Shown here: piece after piece, positions 48,082-61,231 of the stretch
Layout: every line of letters begins with the position of its first letter
Position numbering within the stretch: the stretch's first letter is position 1
NCBI RefSeq assembly: GCF_018977255.1
Contig: NW_024704742.1
Span: 9,426,001-9,490,000, forward strand
Direction of reading: 5' to 3'
From: Callorhinchus milii
Lineage: Eukaryota
DNA: 64,000 nt
Program-made: the position numbers and the translations under genes
The notes under the pieces: model-generated
The model's input: the letters and a program-made list of their open reading frames with translations, nothing else
Databases searched by the model: none
Told to the model about the DNA's origin: nothing

Positions 48082-48874
48082 ATAGAAATGCATTTTATGT
48101 GCGAGATTATTTTATTGAAAACTTCCCATGACAGAGCAGCATTGCAATGAATTGTGGAACATAAGGAAGGAAGGACAGACATGGCCATTCTAGACAATGC
48201 AGTACAAGAACACTACATGTTGTGACACCAGTTACAAGGTGTTAGGAATTTAGGGACACTGTGGAGTGGCACTATCTAACTGTATGGGAATAGAAGCAAA
48301 GTAGTTTTGATGATCACAGCATGCCAGCTTAACCTATGCTACGAATAAACAGAACTGCCATATTAAGAGGGGAACATTGAGTAATTTATCAAACCAAAGT
48401 TTTAATTCATATATTTTTTTCTCTAACATTATTACTTTTCCGCACACTTTTTTAATCCACTTTTTTAATTTTCTTGTTGGCTCTGTTGCTGGTGGAATAT
48501 GTTTGTAGACTGTTCTCAGGATGAAGTCAGCGACAATGATTGTGGATCATCTTGAGGCAGATTCACAAAGTAGTCCAGGGCACTATTGATGGGCATCTGA
48601 GAGGAGGTGTTTGAAACCTACAGATCCTGGAACAGATAAGGAGATTAAATAGAGTGACACCTTACACTACATTCACTGTACCATCTGTCGTGGACATTGG
48701 GGTGGAATTTGCACAGTTTAATTAAGGATTTTGAATACATGGAGGGAGGAGAGGAGGGAGGGTGAGAGAGCGAGAGAGGGGATCTCAACTTCAATGAGGT
48801 GATGAACCATTGATAGGGGACAATGGACAAGGAAGGTGTCTTTTGTCCGATAAGAGAGATGAGCATTACCAAAT

Positions 48875-49153
48875 ATGCTTCATGTCTCCCGCCTTGCCTG
48901 CCCCAACATTGGATGGCGGGCCTTCAGCCTCTCTGTTTTCACCCTCTGGAACTCCATCCCACAGTCCCTCCACCTCGTCCCCTCCTTTGCCTCCTTCAAA
49001 ACCCATCTCAAGACCCTCCTACCCCACCCTTTCCACCCTCTACCCACCTGATCCCAACCACCAGCTAGGGTGTGGATCCCTGACTGTCCAGCACCTTGGG
49101 ATGTCCTCCTGACGTGAAAGGCGCGATACAAATGTAATTTGTTGTTGTTGTTG
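48875..49153 (+). mobile_element. L2 3' fragment
   Basis: RT C-terminal remnant, tail stem-loop and (TTG)n. Confidence 0.87.
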
Positions 49154-49901
49154 ACCATGGGTAGGGCTGCCCAGCTGTTCACTGTAGTAATTGGGAGATT
49201 TTATTTCAGCGAGGCAGACTTTGCTGCCAGAGTATGCCAAATTACAGCTAACAAATCACCAACCTCCCCAGCTGTTTTTGCCCCCAAAATATACAGTCAA
49301 TTCACTTCACAGTATATCCCGTGAAGCGCTTTGAGATGTCTCGAAGGCGTGATAAGGCGCTGTATCAAATGCAACGATTATCATTGTTATTACAATTCTT
49401 CACAGCATGAACACTGGAATGGACCAACGACAATTATTCGGGTTGGGCAGGATTCCAATCGAGACCCCATTCCTGAGTGCCTGTTTTGTTAGATTTCTGG
49501 TCATTTGGTTAGCGGGTGGGGATAGTGATCGCCTTAAAAAAAACTTCGGAAATTGCTAAGGGAAGATCATCTGATGGCATGATCTGTTTTTCTTAGGAAG
49601 GAATGTAAGTGAGTGGGTGGAAGTTTATCTGGGTTGGGTTGTTCTCCTGTTTTTAATGTCCCCTTTTCATTATTGTTAATAGTAAAAGAAAAATATTGAC
49701 TTCAGTTAGGATGCTATAAGCAAAACTGTTTTCAAACACAGTATTCAAATAATATACATGGCATTACCAGGCACAGGAAAATGTTTTAGATTGTATATTT
49801 AACTTCAATTGTTGCAGTAGAGAAGGGGATATTTCCATTAATTACCTTTCAACTTCAGAATCACCAGAAGTGTGAAAGATGTGCAAAATTACAGGACTTG
49901 T

Positions 49902-50271
49902 GGAGTCCTATAGCTCAGTGGTTAGAGCACACGTCTCGCAAGTGTTCGATTCCCGGCAGGGTAAAACACTGGGCAAGTTTCCTTACTCCACACACTTCTG
50001 TTTACCTAGCAGTAAGTAGGAACCTGGTGGTCAATTGGCGGATCACTTTTTTGGGGGTAATAATCCTTTAAAAAATATATAATTTGGTCACTGAATCCAC
50101 GACTGTTTGTGGGACACTGCTGTGCGCAATTAGTTGTCGCGTTTTGCCCACAAAACATACGGTCAATTCACTTTACAGTATATCCCGTGAAGCGCTTTGA
50201 GACGTCTAGAATACGTGAAAGCTCTATATCAAATGCATGGATTATTATTATTGTTTTTTTTATTATTATTA
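49902..50271 (+). mobile_element. tRNA-derived SINE, long subfamily
   Basis: Head GGAGTCCTATAGCTCAGTGGTTAGAGCAC, middle segment and tail. Confidence 0.88.
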
Positions 50272-50894
50272 CAGTGCCTAAAGGAAGTTAGTTCTGCTCA
50301 ACTGATAAAATCCAACATTATTCTAAAGGGGATAGAATTAACCAGAAAAACAGCAGGGGAGGGAAGTTAGCTGAAACTCTGTTGTATCTCTCTCTGACAT
50401 CAGCTGATATATACACACAACTATATACATAGAGAGTCCTGTGCGTTGATCGTTTCAGGGTATTTAAGTAGTTCCCAGTTCATATAGGAATAGCAGTGAA
50501 AAGGTGCCCAGGATTAAGTTTATAGATATAATTAATAGAAAACTATAGATGTGCTGTGACTTGAAAGAAGAGAAACTTACTGATTTGAAAGGAGTTGTGT
50601 TTATTTGTTTAAAGCACAGAAAAGTACCCAAAACTTTAACTCCCCCTCCCCCCCCCCCCCCCCCCTCCTTACCGTATCTCCATGATCCGCTTTTAAGGGA
50701 GGGAACATATGAGCAATCGCGAATCATGAGTGGGCGGCTGAAGACTCCTGAAAGTGCTTCCCTGACCCTCTCAAACCACCAGTCAGAACCTCATCCAGTG
50801 CAGGAGACTGGAGCACAGTGCACAGGGGTGGGTACTGTCAGACAGGACACAGGCTCCAGCAGGGATCACCCCGGGACAGGACCAGGTCAGATCA

Positions 50895-51100
50895 CCCCAG
50901 CACAGCCCAGCACAGCCCAGCACAGCACAGCCCAGCACAGCCCAGCACAGCACAGCCCAGCACAGCACAGCACAGCACAGCACAGCACAGCACAGCACAG
51001 GCTAACTCAGCTCAGCCCAGCACAGCTCAGTACAGCACAGCACAGTGTAACTCAGCACAGCCCAGCACAGCTCAGCCCAGCACAGCTCAGCCCAGCACAA
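50895..51100. repeat. pentamer microsatellite (CAGCA/CAGCC/CAGCT)n
   Basis: Directly visible. Confidence 0.95.
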
Positions 51101-51212
51101 GGCACCTACACCAGCTGAACTCTGCCTCCTGCCAGACCTCACCTGCCTCCTGCTCCAGTTTGTTGAGGATCTAACCTTCCGATTGCCCAGAAAGCCCCGT
51201 CCACCCCCCGAG

Positions 51213-51550
51213 TCCAGCAGAGAACCCAGCAAACCCAGCAAACCCAGCACAGAGCCCAGCAGAGAGCCCAGCAAACCCAGCACAGAGCCCAGCAAACCCA
51301 GCAGAGAGCCCAGCAAACCCAGCACAGAGCCCAGCAGAGAGCCCAGCAAACCCAGCACAGAGCCCAGCAAACCCAGCAGAGAGCCCAGCAAACCCAGCAC
51401 AGAGCCCAGCAGAGAGCCCAGCAAACCCAGCACAGAGCCCAGCACAGAGCCCAGCAGAGAGCCCAGCAGAGAGCCCAGCAAACCCAGCACAGAGCCCAGC
51501 ACAGAGCCCAGCACAGAGCCCAGCAAACCCAGCAGAGAGCCCAGCAGAGA
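51213..51550. repeat. minisatellite of 9- and 12-bp units (CCCAGCAAA, CCCAGCACAGAG, CCCAGCAGAGAG)
   Basis: Directly visible; includes a 75-bp higher-order unit present twice. Confidence 0.95.
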
Positions 51551-51720
51551 TGTCTGAGGGCAAACAGGGGGGGAAGGTCAAGAGGAAGGATCGCAACAGA
51601 GAGAAGGAGGAGGGGAAGAAGAAGAGAACAGGTGAAGGGAAGAAGAAGAGAGCAGGTGAAGTACTGTGGACACTTTAAGGATATACAGACAGCAAACTCC
51701 CCCTCTCCCCCTCTCTCCCC

Positions 51721-51752
<32 letters not shown>

Positions 51753-52082
51753 TTAAAACTTTTTTTTTGGAGACTTATTGCTGAGCTGTTTGAGTGTTGG
51801 AGCTGTCACAGTAAGTCTCTGCTCTGCAGCGATCGGTCTCTGAGTGGCTCTTTTACACCTGAGATCCGCGAAGGTTTTTCTCTTTTTTTTACACGAAGTA
51901 TCTGTGCGGACAGTGGGACCACAGTCTCTGCGGAGGGTTCATTTGGGTCGGAGTGGGTGTCCCTCGGTGTTGTGTGTGTGTGTGTGGGGGGGGGGTGGGG
52001 GGGGGGGGGGCCTCACCCACTTTCTGTTTCCAGTTTGTTTTACTTATTTCTGATGAAGCAGAGGGTCAGGGCTGATGTCCAG

Positions 52083-52660
52083 GGAGTGAGTGAGAGAGAG
52101 AGGGAGTGTGAGAGAGGGAGAGAGGGAGTGTGAGAGAGGGAGGGAATGAGTGTGAGAGAGGGAGAGGGAGTGAGTGTGTGAGAGAGAGGGAGTGAGAGCG
52201 TGAGTAAGAGAGAGAGAGTGAGTGAGTGAGTGTGAGAGAGAGAGAGGGAGTGAGTGAGAGAGTGAGTGAGAGCGTGAGTAAGAGAGAGACGGGGAGTGAG
52301 GGAGTGAGTGAGAGAGAGAGAGAGGGAGGGAGTGAGTGAGAGAGAGGGAGTGAGAGAGAGAGAGAGAGTGAATGAGAGAGTGATTGAGAGAAAGAGTGAG
52401 TGAGTGAGAAAGAGTGAGAGAGTGAATGAGAGTGAGAGAGAGGGAGTGAGTGAGAGAGAGTGAGAGAGAGTGAATGAGAGTGAGAGAGAGGGAGTGAGTG
52501 AGAGAGAGTGAATGAGAGTGAGAGAGAGGGAGTGAGTGAGAGAGAATGAGAGAGTGAATGAGAGTGAGAGAGAGGGAGTGAGTGAGAGAGTGAGAGAGTG
52601 AATGAGAGTGAGAGAGAGGGAGTGAGTGAATGAGAGAGAGGGAGTGAGTGAGTGAGTGAG
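52083..52660. repeat. GA/GT-rich low-complexity repeat
   Basis: (GA)n interspersed with GTGA and GGGA; explains the LSHSL ORF. Confidence 0.95.
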
Positions 52661-52876
52661 TTGGAAGTGGCAGTTTCACATGGATACCGCGGTGCTTACA
52701 TTACACGGCTCACTATGTGAGACTGTTGCTGTAAGGATGGCTCAGAGAGAGAAAGAGAGAGTGAAAGCCTTCGCGCTTCATAACTTCCAGCCTCTTGGTG
52801 TGGTCAGAGTGCCCTCTGCTGGTCTCTTCCCTGTTTCTCGCCATCTGCCAGTGAATGAGCTGCAATCACAACAGAA

Positions 52877-53220
52877 ATAATAATAATCCTTGCATTTGAT
52901 ACAGCGCCGCATCATGCCATTGAGACGTCTCAAAGCGCTTCATAGAATATACTGTGAAGTGGATTGACTGTATATTTTGTGAGGGAAAATCGCCAATATT
53001 AATAGTAAGTAATAATAATAATAATCTTTGCATTTGATATGGTGCTTTTTCATGTCTTCTCAACGTCTCAAAGCGCTTCACAGAATAGACTGTAAAGTGA
53101 ATTGACCGTATATTTGTGGGCGAAACGTGACAGCCAATTGCACACAGCAGTGTCCCACAAACAGTCGTGGATTGAAAATGACCAATTTATTATTGTTTTA
53201 TTTTGGAGGGATTATTATTA
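52877..53220 (-). mobile_element. two tandem SINE 3' fragments
   Basis: Two reverse-complement tails starting at about 52877 and 53010. Confidence 0.82.
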
Positions 53221-53559
53221 AGTAATAATAATTTGATAATAGGAAGAACTTTACAAATATATTTCTACATAATGTGTAAATTTACAATATTTGTTACTTG
53301 ACTCGGCCTCATCTGAGCCATTTAAGAACTTCCCTCGCCCACCTATTGAAAGCTAAGCTGGAAAGAAGTCTGATCCGACTCTGGGCTGGAGTGCAAGCAG
53401 AAAGTTAGGAATAACTTTCTTTTCTTCAGAGGTTAAAAGCTGTAGTAACCTCTTCAGCAGTGTCACTTTACTGTTGAGTTTGTTAGAAGTACAAGTATAA
53501 GACATAGCACAGATTGATGGACAGTGCCTTATCATAATTTACAATTGATTGTTGAACTA

Positions 53560-53900
53560 TTTCTCGCAAGCGAAAAGACCTGGGTTTGATTCCCGGCAGG
53601 GCTAAACATTGGGCAAGTTTCCTGATTCCTCACACCTCTGTTTACCTAGCAGTAAGTTAGGAACTCGGTTGTTAGTCGATTGGCAGAACCAGGGGTAATA
53701 ATTCCTTCAAAAACAAATAATAATTTGGTTACTCAATCCACGACTGTTTGTGGGCACTGCTGTGCACAATTAGCTGCTGCATTTTGCCCACAAACTACGC
53801 AGTCGATTCACTTTACAGTATATTCTGTGAAGTGCTTTGAGACTTGTTGAAGATGTGATAAGGCGCTATGTTAAATACAAGGAATATTATTATTATTATT
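53560..53900 (+). mobile_element. tRNA-derived SINE, long subfamily
   Basis: CTCGCAAGCG..GGGTTTGATTCCCGGCAGGG, middle segment and tail. Confidence 0.85.
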
Positions 53901-54180
53901 ATAAAATTTGGATTGTAAAATGCATGGCTTTCAGCCATAAAAGGAATAAATATATTCCCTCGAGACCTGGCACATTGGTTTCAACTGTTACTTCATCAAC
54001 AAAAAATTGGTTACGAATTATTGATATATGATAGTTGCATGATGGCTATCTGTCATATTTCTTCCTTCAAGGCATGTTGGGTGATGTGTAATTTCATTTT
54101 AGCTCAGTCGGTAGCATTCTCAGCTTGGAGTTAGAAAGTTGTGGGTTTAATCCCCACATCAGGATTGTAATCTCAGTCTT

Positions 54181-54508
54181 GGAGTCCTGTAGCTCAGTGG
54201 TTAGAGCACTCGCTTTACAAGTGAGAGACCTGAGTTCAATTCCAGGCAGAGGGCGAAACCTCGGGCAAGTTTCCTTACTCCACACAGAGCCTAATAATAA
54301 TCCTCCAAAACCAAAAACAATAATAAATTGGTCATTTTCAATCTACGACTGTTTGTGGGACATTGCTGTGCGCAATTGGCTGCCGCGTTCGCCCACAAAT
54401 ATACAGTCAGTTCACTTCACAGTGTGTTCTGTGAAGCGCTTTGGGACGTCCTCCCGACGTGAAAAGCGCTATATCAAATGCAAGGATTATTATTATTATT
54501 ATTATTAT
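54181..54508 (+). mobile_element. young tRNA-Ala-derived SINE nested in a Deu-type SINE (54098-54180 and 54510-54845)
   Basis: The young copy is near-identical to 12585; the host head lies before it and the Deu-like domain plus tail after it. Confidence 0.92.
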
Positions 54509-55714
54509 TGGCTGATAGTCCAGTGCAGTGCTGGGGAAGCACTACATTGACATCCTTCAGATGTACCCTAAACCAAGGTCCCTGTTCACGGAGGACGTTA
54601 AAGATCCCATGGCACTGTTCGAAAAGAGAAGCGAGTTTCTCCCAATGTCTTGACCAACAATTCCCCTAGATAGAATTGATCATTCACTTCATGGCTGTTT
54701 GTGGGACATTGCTGTGTGCAAAATTATCTGCCGCGTTTGTCAACCAAATGCACAATCACAATACTTAACAATAAATCCCTTGAAGTGCTTTGAGCCGTCC
54801 TCCCGGCATTAAAGGCGTTATATCAAATACAGGGATTATTATTATCTTGTTAGGCTTATGGACATGTGGGTGTCTGAAGAATGATCAACAGTGTTTCAAG
54901 AATAGCTGTTAGATTTCCAACTTAGTTTTGCTGAGTTACTTGCAACAGCTGGGTTGATTGGATTATCTGGGCTGGATGTGTTTGATGGGTTGGTTGTGTT
55001 AGCTGGACTTTGTGCATTCGCTTGCCTGGTTGGATTGGCTTTAATATTGGATGTATTGGAAGATCTGTTACAGATAGAATCAGTTTTTTTTCCTGTTCTC
55101 CTAAGTGTTCTTTGGAGCAGGTTTTAAAAAGATGCCAAAAGTGCCATAGGGTATAGATTGTGAAAATGCAATCAGATGGCATCACTTCCCACAGTTCTGT
55201 ATTCATAATTATGAGTCATTGTGGACTGTATCATTCATGTTCAGAAGGTTTTAAAAGAAATCTCCTGTTTTGATCATAAATTCAATCTGTCATTGTCATT
55301 ATCAAACTGCGCACACATGCTGGAACATCAGGTGTATGTCACAACATGCAGTGAGCTGTGTTTGACATCTCCATGAGAGGTAGATGGACAGTCACTGTGA
55401 GGTTTCTGTCAGCCTCCTGAGAGCAAGTCTTTATCAAATCGCACTGTGACTGACTGATTTATAACACAAATGTAAAAATGTGGGGATGAAAAATGGGACA
55501 TTCCATCAATTTTGAAATACTACAATTTTCACCCCGTTATTTTAAAATGAATGTTATACCTTGATGAGATCAAACGTGTTGAGGTATGAAGAAATGAACT
55601 CGCCAGTTCCAATTTCGTGTCTGCGAAATACGTTCCACATGTGAGTGCACATCCCTTACTGAAAGAAGTTTGAGGAAAATAATTGAAAAATAAGCAGGAA
55701 TAATTGCCAATAGG

Positions 55715-56103
55715 GGAATCCTGTAGCTCAGTGGTTAGACCACTCGCCTTGCAAGCGAGGGGACCAGGGTTCGAATTCTGGCCAGAACAAAACGTTGGGC
55801 AAGTTTCCTTACTCCACACGTCTCTGTTTACCTAGCTGTAAGCAGGAAACTGCTTGTTAGTCGAATTGTGAGTTGCTTTTCTGGGGGTAATAATCCCTTC
55901 AAAACAAAAATAAATTTTTAAAATAATAATAATTTGATCACTCAATCCACGACTGTTTGTGGGACACTGCTGTGCACAATTGGCTGCTGCTTTTCACCCA
56001 CAAAATATACAGTCAGTTCACTTCACAGTATATTCTGTGAAGTGCTTTGAGGCATCTAGCAGACGTGATAAGGCACTAAATCAAATGCAAGCATTATTAT
56101 TAT
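55715..56103 (+). mobile_element. tRNA-derived SINE, long subfamily
   Basis: Complete head, middle and tail. Confidence 0.88.
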
Positions 56104-57174
56104 AATATAGCACTCATGAAGATGAATTTGGATAGTCGGGGTTGCATAATATCTTACTTAATGCAACAACGTTTCGAGCAAAGTCATTGGAAAAAATACA
56201 ATAGCACAATTAAAAGTGTATCCCGGTGAGTCTTCAGACAGGCGTGGCACAAAATCCTTTAATAAAACAACTTTGAGCACAGTTATTGAAAACAGATAAG
56301 ATGGAGATTCTATTCTTAGCTCCGTTGCAAGTCTTTAAACAGTCATTCTACAAAGTGTGACACCGATACTCTAATTGCTAGTTTGCTGTGTTGAGAAATT
56401 ATCTGTCCGTAATTGGTTTCCTGAGGCCTGTTAAAAAGCACACTAGGCAGTGGAAGACCAAGAAGGTTTGCTGAATGGAATGATGAAATCAACTAAAGTA
56501 GTTGAAGAAATCAAAGGGAGTAATTCAATGTATTTTTTAATATAAAAGCCAATCTACGTGTGTAAATGCTTAAATAGATGATTTAGCAAAGAATTTATCA
56601 ATGGCTTTTTAAATATGAAAAAAAACTGTCATTTTGAAAATGCACATATATATATTTTGTATATATATATTTAATATATAGATTATACATATATTAAACA
56701 ATATATTTGGGAATGTGTTCAAAACGCTCTGATTTCCTCTATTTTTAATTTATGTCAAAATGTTTTAAAAGATGTTCAGACAAGTGGTGGATGTCAGTGT
56801 AGTACAGATGGGAACTGTGCAACATTTAATAGTTGCATAACAAACTGTTAACAATTGTACTGTTATGGGTTAATAGTTACGATCCTCCAGATAAAATTGG
56901 TCATTCACTTCATATCAACACTGCTGTGCACAAATTGGCTGTTGTGTTCACCCACAAAATCCACAGTCACTTCAGATTCCGGTGAAATCCTGTGAAGCAG
57001 TTAAGACACCCCGATAACGTGATAAGGCGCTATATCAAAATCAATGATTAATACATAGTTAGCTCAATTTAGATTAAATGCTTGTCGATGGCTCGCTTTG
57101 AAATAAAGTCACATCGATTTGTCTGAAGTAGGTTAGCAGTTGAGTTAATAGATCAAAGTGCCGATTGCTAACAA

Positions 57175-57534
57175 TAATAATAATAATCCTCACATTTGAT
57201 ATAGTGCCTTATCATGTCTTTGAGATATCTTAAACCACTTCACAGAATATACTGTAAAGTGTAGTGACTGTATGTCTTGTGGGCGAAATGCAGCAACCAA
57301 TTGCGCACAGCAATGTCCCACAAACAATCATGGATTGAGTGGCCAAAGTATTTTTTTTAAAGGATTATTACCTGGACAAAAGTGATCCTCATAACCGGGT
57401 TCCTACTTAAAGCTAGGTAAACAGTGGTGTGTGGAGTAAGGAAACTTGCCTAACGTTTCACCCTGCCCAGGAATCAAACCCAGGTCCTCTCGCTTGTGAG
57501 GCGAGTGCTCCTAACCATTATGCTTCAGGACTCC
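57175..57534 (-). mobile_element. tRNA-derived SINE, long subfamily
   Basis: Complete reverse-complement copy. Confidence 0.87.
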
Positions 57535-58279
57535 ACATTATTTATGTGGAATCCTGTAGCTATAATACAGTGGGTGCTAATAAAGAACATCTGTGTTCTT
57601 CCTTGGGCCAGTTTTTTGCTCAAGTATAATCTGATGACCTATTCCTAGACATGTTGAAACACTAATACAACGTTTAATATTGCAAATGATCCTGTGGAAG
57701 TCATTCATTGCTTCATGTAAATGATAGGATATATAAGTTACTTTCATCACAATAGTTTGCCTATATAATATATATAATATTATAATACAGTGCTTCTTTA
57801 GATATTGCAGTTACAGATAGCTTTAAAGTGCTGCATGATTTTGCTGGAAATGTTAAGTAACTATCTATTTACTCAGTGTTAGAAAATTGTCTCAAGTATG
57901 TGAAGTGTGAAATCAAATCAGTCATACTGAAATGTTTTTTAGTAGGTGTGGGTTTTCACGTTTGCTTCTTAATGTTTCTGTTAGAGAAAGAAAACATTAG
58001 TAGGTTTCCGCTCTGGTTTTTTACAGTAACTCCTAGTGTAAAGTGCGCTTGTGTAAGCAGAGGTTGAGGACTGAATTGAGCTTGAGGGTTCTTCCCTCCC
58101 TCCTTATAATAATATTATAATAATCCTTGTTTTTAATATAGAGCCTTAACACGTTGTTGTGTTGACTCAAAGCGCTTCTTGGTGGAGGAAGCTTCTGTAA
58201 AGTGGATTGATTGTCTATTTTGTGCAAGAAACTTCCCTTCCCTCCACAGCGAGGCTTCCAGTGAATGGGAAATATGGAG

Positions 58280-58960
58280 TGTATAAATCAGTAACTTGGT
58301 GTCAGCCTGGCTCAGTTGGCAGTCGACGCAGCCTTGCCTCAGAGTCAGAAGGTTCTGAGTTTGAAGCCCCACTTTGGGACTTGGATTGACAGTCTGTGCT
58401 GACACTCCAGTGCAGGACTGGAAATCTGTTGCATTTTTGGATATCGTTTGCATCAGGTGAGATGTTTAACTGAGGTCCTGTCTGCCTGTTCTGGTGATTT
58501 TATATGATAATTGACTGTATATTTTCGGGGTAAAATGTGGCAGCAAATTGCGCATAGCAGTGTCCTACTATGTCATGGATTGAGTGACCAAATTATGATT
58601 ACTATTATTATTATTATTTTTTTTTTTGAAGGGGTTTTTTACCCCGGAAACACGATCCACCAATCGACTAACAACCAGGTTCTTACTTACTGCTAGGTAA
58701 ACAGAGGCATGTGGAGTAAGGAAACTTGCCTAACACTTTGCCCTGCCTGGGAATCAAACCCAGGTCCTCTTGCTTGCGAGGTGAATGCACTAACCACTAC
58801 GTTACAGGACTCCACTTTATGCCCAGTATATTGGCCAACATTCCCCCAAGTTGAAACAATTGGTCATTCACTTCATGACAGTCTGTGGGGAACATTGCTA
58901 GATACAAATTGTCTGTCGTGTTCGCCTACAAAATACAAAGTCACTACATTTGACAGTAAA
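58280..58960 (+). mobile_element. Deu-type SINE interrupted by a minus-strand long SINE (58510-58813)
   Basis: Head GTCAGCCTGGCTCAGTTGG..GAGTCAGAAGGTT..GCTGACACTCCAGTGCAG; the 3' domain resumes at about 58825. Confidence 0.78.
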
Positions 58961-58964
58961 TACA

Positions 58965-59524
58965 AATGCTATGATGAACCGTTATAAAACATTGGTTTGG
59001 CCTCAGCTAGATTACTGTGTTTAGTTCTGAGCATCACATTTTAGGAAGGATGTCAAAGCCTTGGAGGGGGTGGAAAGGAGATTTACCAGGATGGTACCAG
59101 GAATGAGGGACTTCAGTTATCAGGAGAGGATAGAGAAGCTGGGATTATTCTCCTTGGAGCAGAGAAGGTTAAGAGGAGACTTAATAGAAGTTTTCAAATT
59201 TATGAGGTTGAACAAGGGGAGACTATTCCCACTGGTGGGTGGGTCGGTAACCCAAGGAAACCAATTTAAAATAGTTGCTAAAAGGGGAGGTGAGGAGAAT
59301 TTTTTTCACACAGCGAGTTGTTCAGATCTGGAATGTTTTGCCTGAAAGGGTGGTGGAAGCCAATTCGATAACAACTTTTAAGAGAAGTAGACAATTATTT
59401 GGGGAGGGCTATGGGGAGAGATCGGGGGAGTGGGATTGAATTGGAAGCTCTTTTCAATGAGCCGGCACAGACACGATGGGTCGAACGGCCTCCTTCTGTG
59501 CTGTATAATTCTATGATTCTATGA
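58965..59524 (+). mobile_element. CR1 3' fragment
   Basis: EGVERRFTRMVPGM..LEQRRLRGDLIEVFK; ATTCTATG tail. Confidence 0.92.
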
Positions 59525-59777
59525 AATCAGGTGAAGCACTTTTTCAGTTGATGTGAAAGATGCTATATCGAATGGAAGAATTATTATGCCTATAGGAAAA
59601 AGTAGATGAAAGGGAATAAAATGTAGAAAAAAAGAGCATTTCATTTAAAAACAGCCCCAGAATGGAAACAAAAAGGTAACTATAACTGTGACAGCAGCAG
59701 ATTGTAGGTTAGTGTATGTTGAGATGATTTGAATCATAGCAGAATTTCAGCTGAATGTGGCTATTGCTTGAAGCTGA

Positions 59778-60097
59778 TAATAATATAATAATAATCCTTG
59801 CATTTGATATAGCGCTTTTCACGTCAGGAGGACGTCCCAAAGCGCTTCACAGAACACACTGTAAAGTGAATTGACTGTATATTTGTGGGCGAACGTGGCA
59901 GCCAATTGCGCACAGCAATGTCCCACAAACAGTCGTAGATTGAAAATGACCAATTTATTATTGTTTTGTTTTTTTGGAGGGATTATTATTAGGCGTGTGG
60001 AGTAAGGAAACTTGCCCAAGGTTTCGCCCTGCCTGGAATTGAACTCAGGTCTCTCACTTGCAAAGCGAGTGCTCTAACCACTGAGCTACAGGACTCC
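59778..60097 (-). mobile_element. young tRNA-Ala-derived SINE, short subfamily
   Basis: Reverse complement closely matches 12585-12916. Confidence 0.92.
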
Positions 60098-60902
60098 ACT
60101 GATGCTTGTCAGATTGATTTCTATTGAAGGATGTGGCAGGTCTCACACATAGGAACCTTTGACCTATTTGTTTACATTGAGGGAGACGTTACTTTGACAA
60201 TCCTCTTTTAACGAACCATTAAAATCTGCTGTAGCATCAAAGCCTGTCTGAAGACTGCACAAATACCCATCCAAGGGTGGGATGTATTTCAGGATCACCA
60301 TTCAAACCAGCACAACAGGGGAATGCTTGCTTGGACAATTAATTAATGTACAAATATTTATTCCCATCGGGGTTGATATGTGGTGTTTACCTCCACTTAA
60401 TGGGATTATTTACCAATGGTTAAAGGCACGTTCCCTTCAAACCCCTTTGAAAGTAAGCTGTGCTTTTGTTGTTAATGTTTTGTTTTATTTGTTGCTGCTC
60501 CTTCATTTCGTGAGTTGAGTAAAGTGGAAATTTCACAGCACGTAAGTCAGTGTCACAGCCAAACAGCAGGAGCTCTTGTGAGTGCTTCAACTACTGTCAA
60601 CATCGTATCTATCCCAGTACTACAGGAGACAGCAAGTTGTGATCTTTCTAAAACATGAATCTTGTTTGTCCAAGCAAAATTGTTTTCATTTATAATGTGG
60701 CACTGGGATTTCATACAACTCACATTTATAGAACACTTTACACATTCAAATAAAAAGTGTCTCAAAGCACATTACAGAGTTAGTTTAATTGCAAATAAAA
60801 ATGATTGTTGGAATTTTGGCAGCTAATTAGTACCAGCAAAGTCCTGAAACAACATTGAGCTGAGTAGTCAATTCATTTGAGTTTTGGGGTAAATTTAGAT
60901 GC

Positions 60903-61231
60903 AAATAATAATAATAATATAATAATAATATTAATCCTTGCATTTGATATAGCGCTTTTCAAGTCTTCCAGACGTCTCAAAGAGCTTCACAGAACATGCT
61001 GTAAAGTGAATTGACTGTATATTTGTGAGCGAAACGCGGCAGCGAATTACGCACAGCAGTGTCCCACAAACAGTCATGGATTGAAAATGACCAACTTGTT
61101 TTTGTTTTTGGGGGGATTATTATTAGGCGTGTGGAGTAAGGAAACTTGCCCAAGGTTCTGCCCTGCCTGGAATTGGACCCAGGTGTCTCGCCTGCAAGGC
61201 AAGTGCTCTAACCACTGAGCTACAGGACTCC
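60903..61231 (-). mobile_element. tRNA-derived SINE, short subfamily
   Basis: Complete reverse-complement copy. Confidence 0.9.

Larger units (their letters stand above)
50660..51980. promoter_or_regulatory. possible promoter / first-exon island
   Basis: Lies in a 2.6-kb TE-free stretch with several CpGs; minus-strand donor TACG|GTAAGG (exon end 50673) followed by a G-run; plus-strand donor CACA|GTAAGT (exon end 51810). Confidence 0.4.

Noticed and set aside
51002..51596. Leu/Gly- or Pro/Ser-rich protein ORFs
   Set aside because: They are open only because the repeat units are multiples of three and lack stop codons; the starts are non-ATG and no domain is recognisable.
52044..52679. 211-aa His/Ser/Leu ORF
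   Set aside because: It is the translation of a GA-rich simple repeat.
56165..56240. Additional hammerhead (minus strand CTGAAGA ... CGAAACGTT)
   Set aside because: Neither stem I nor stem II can form.
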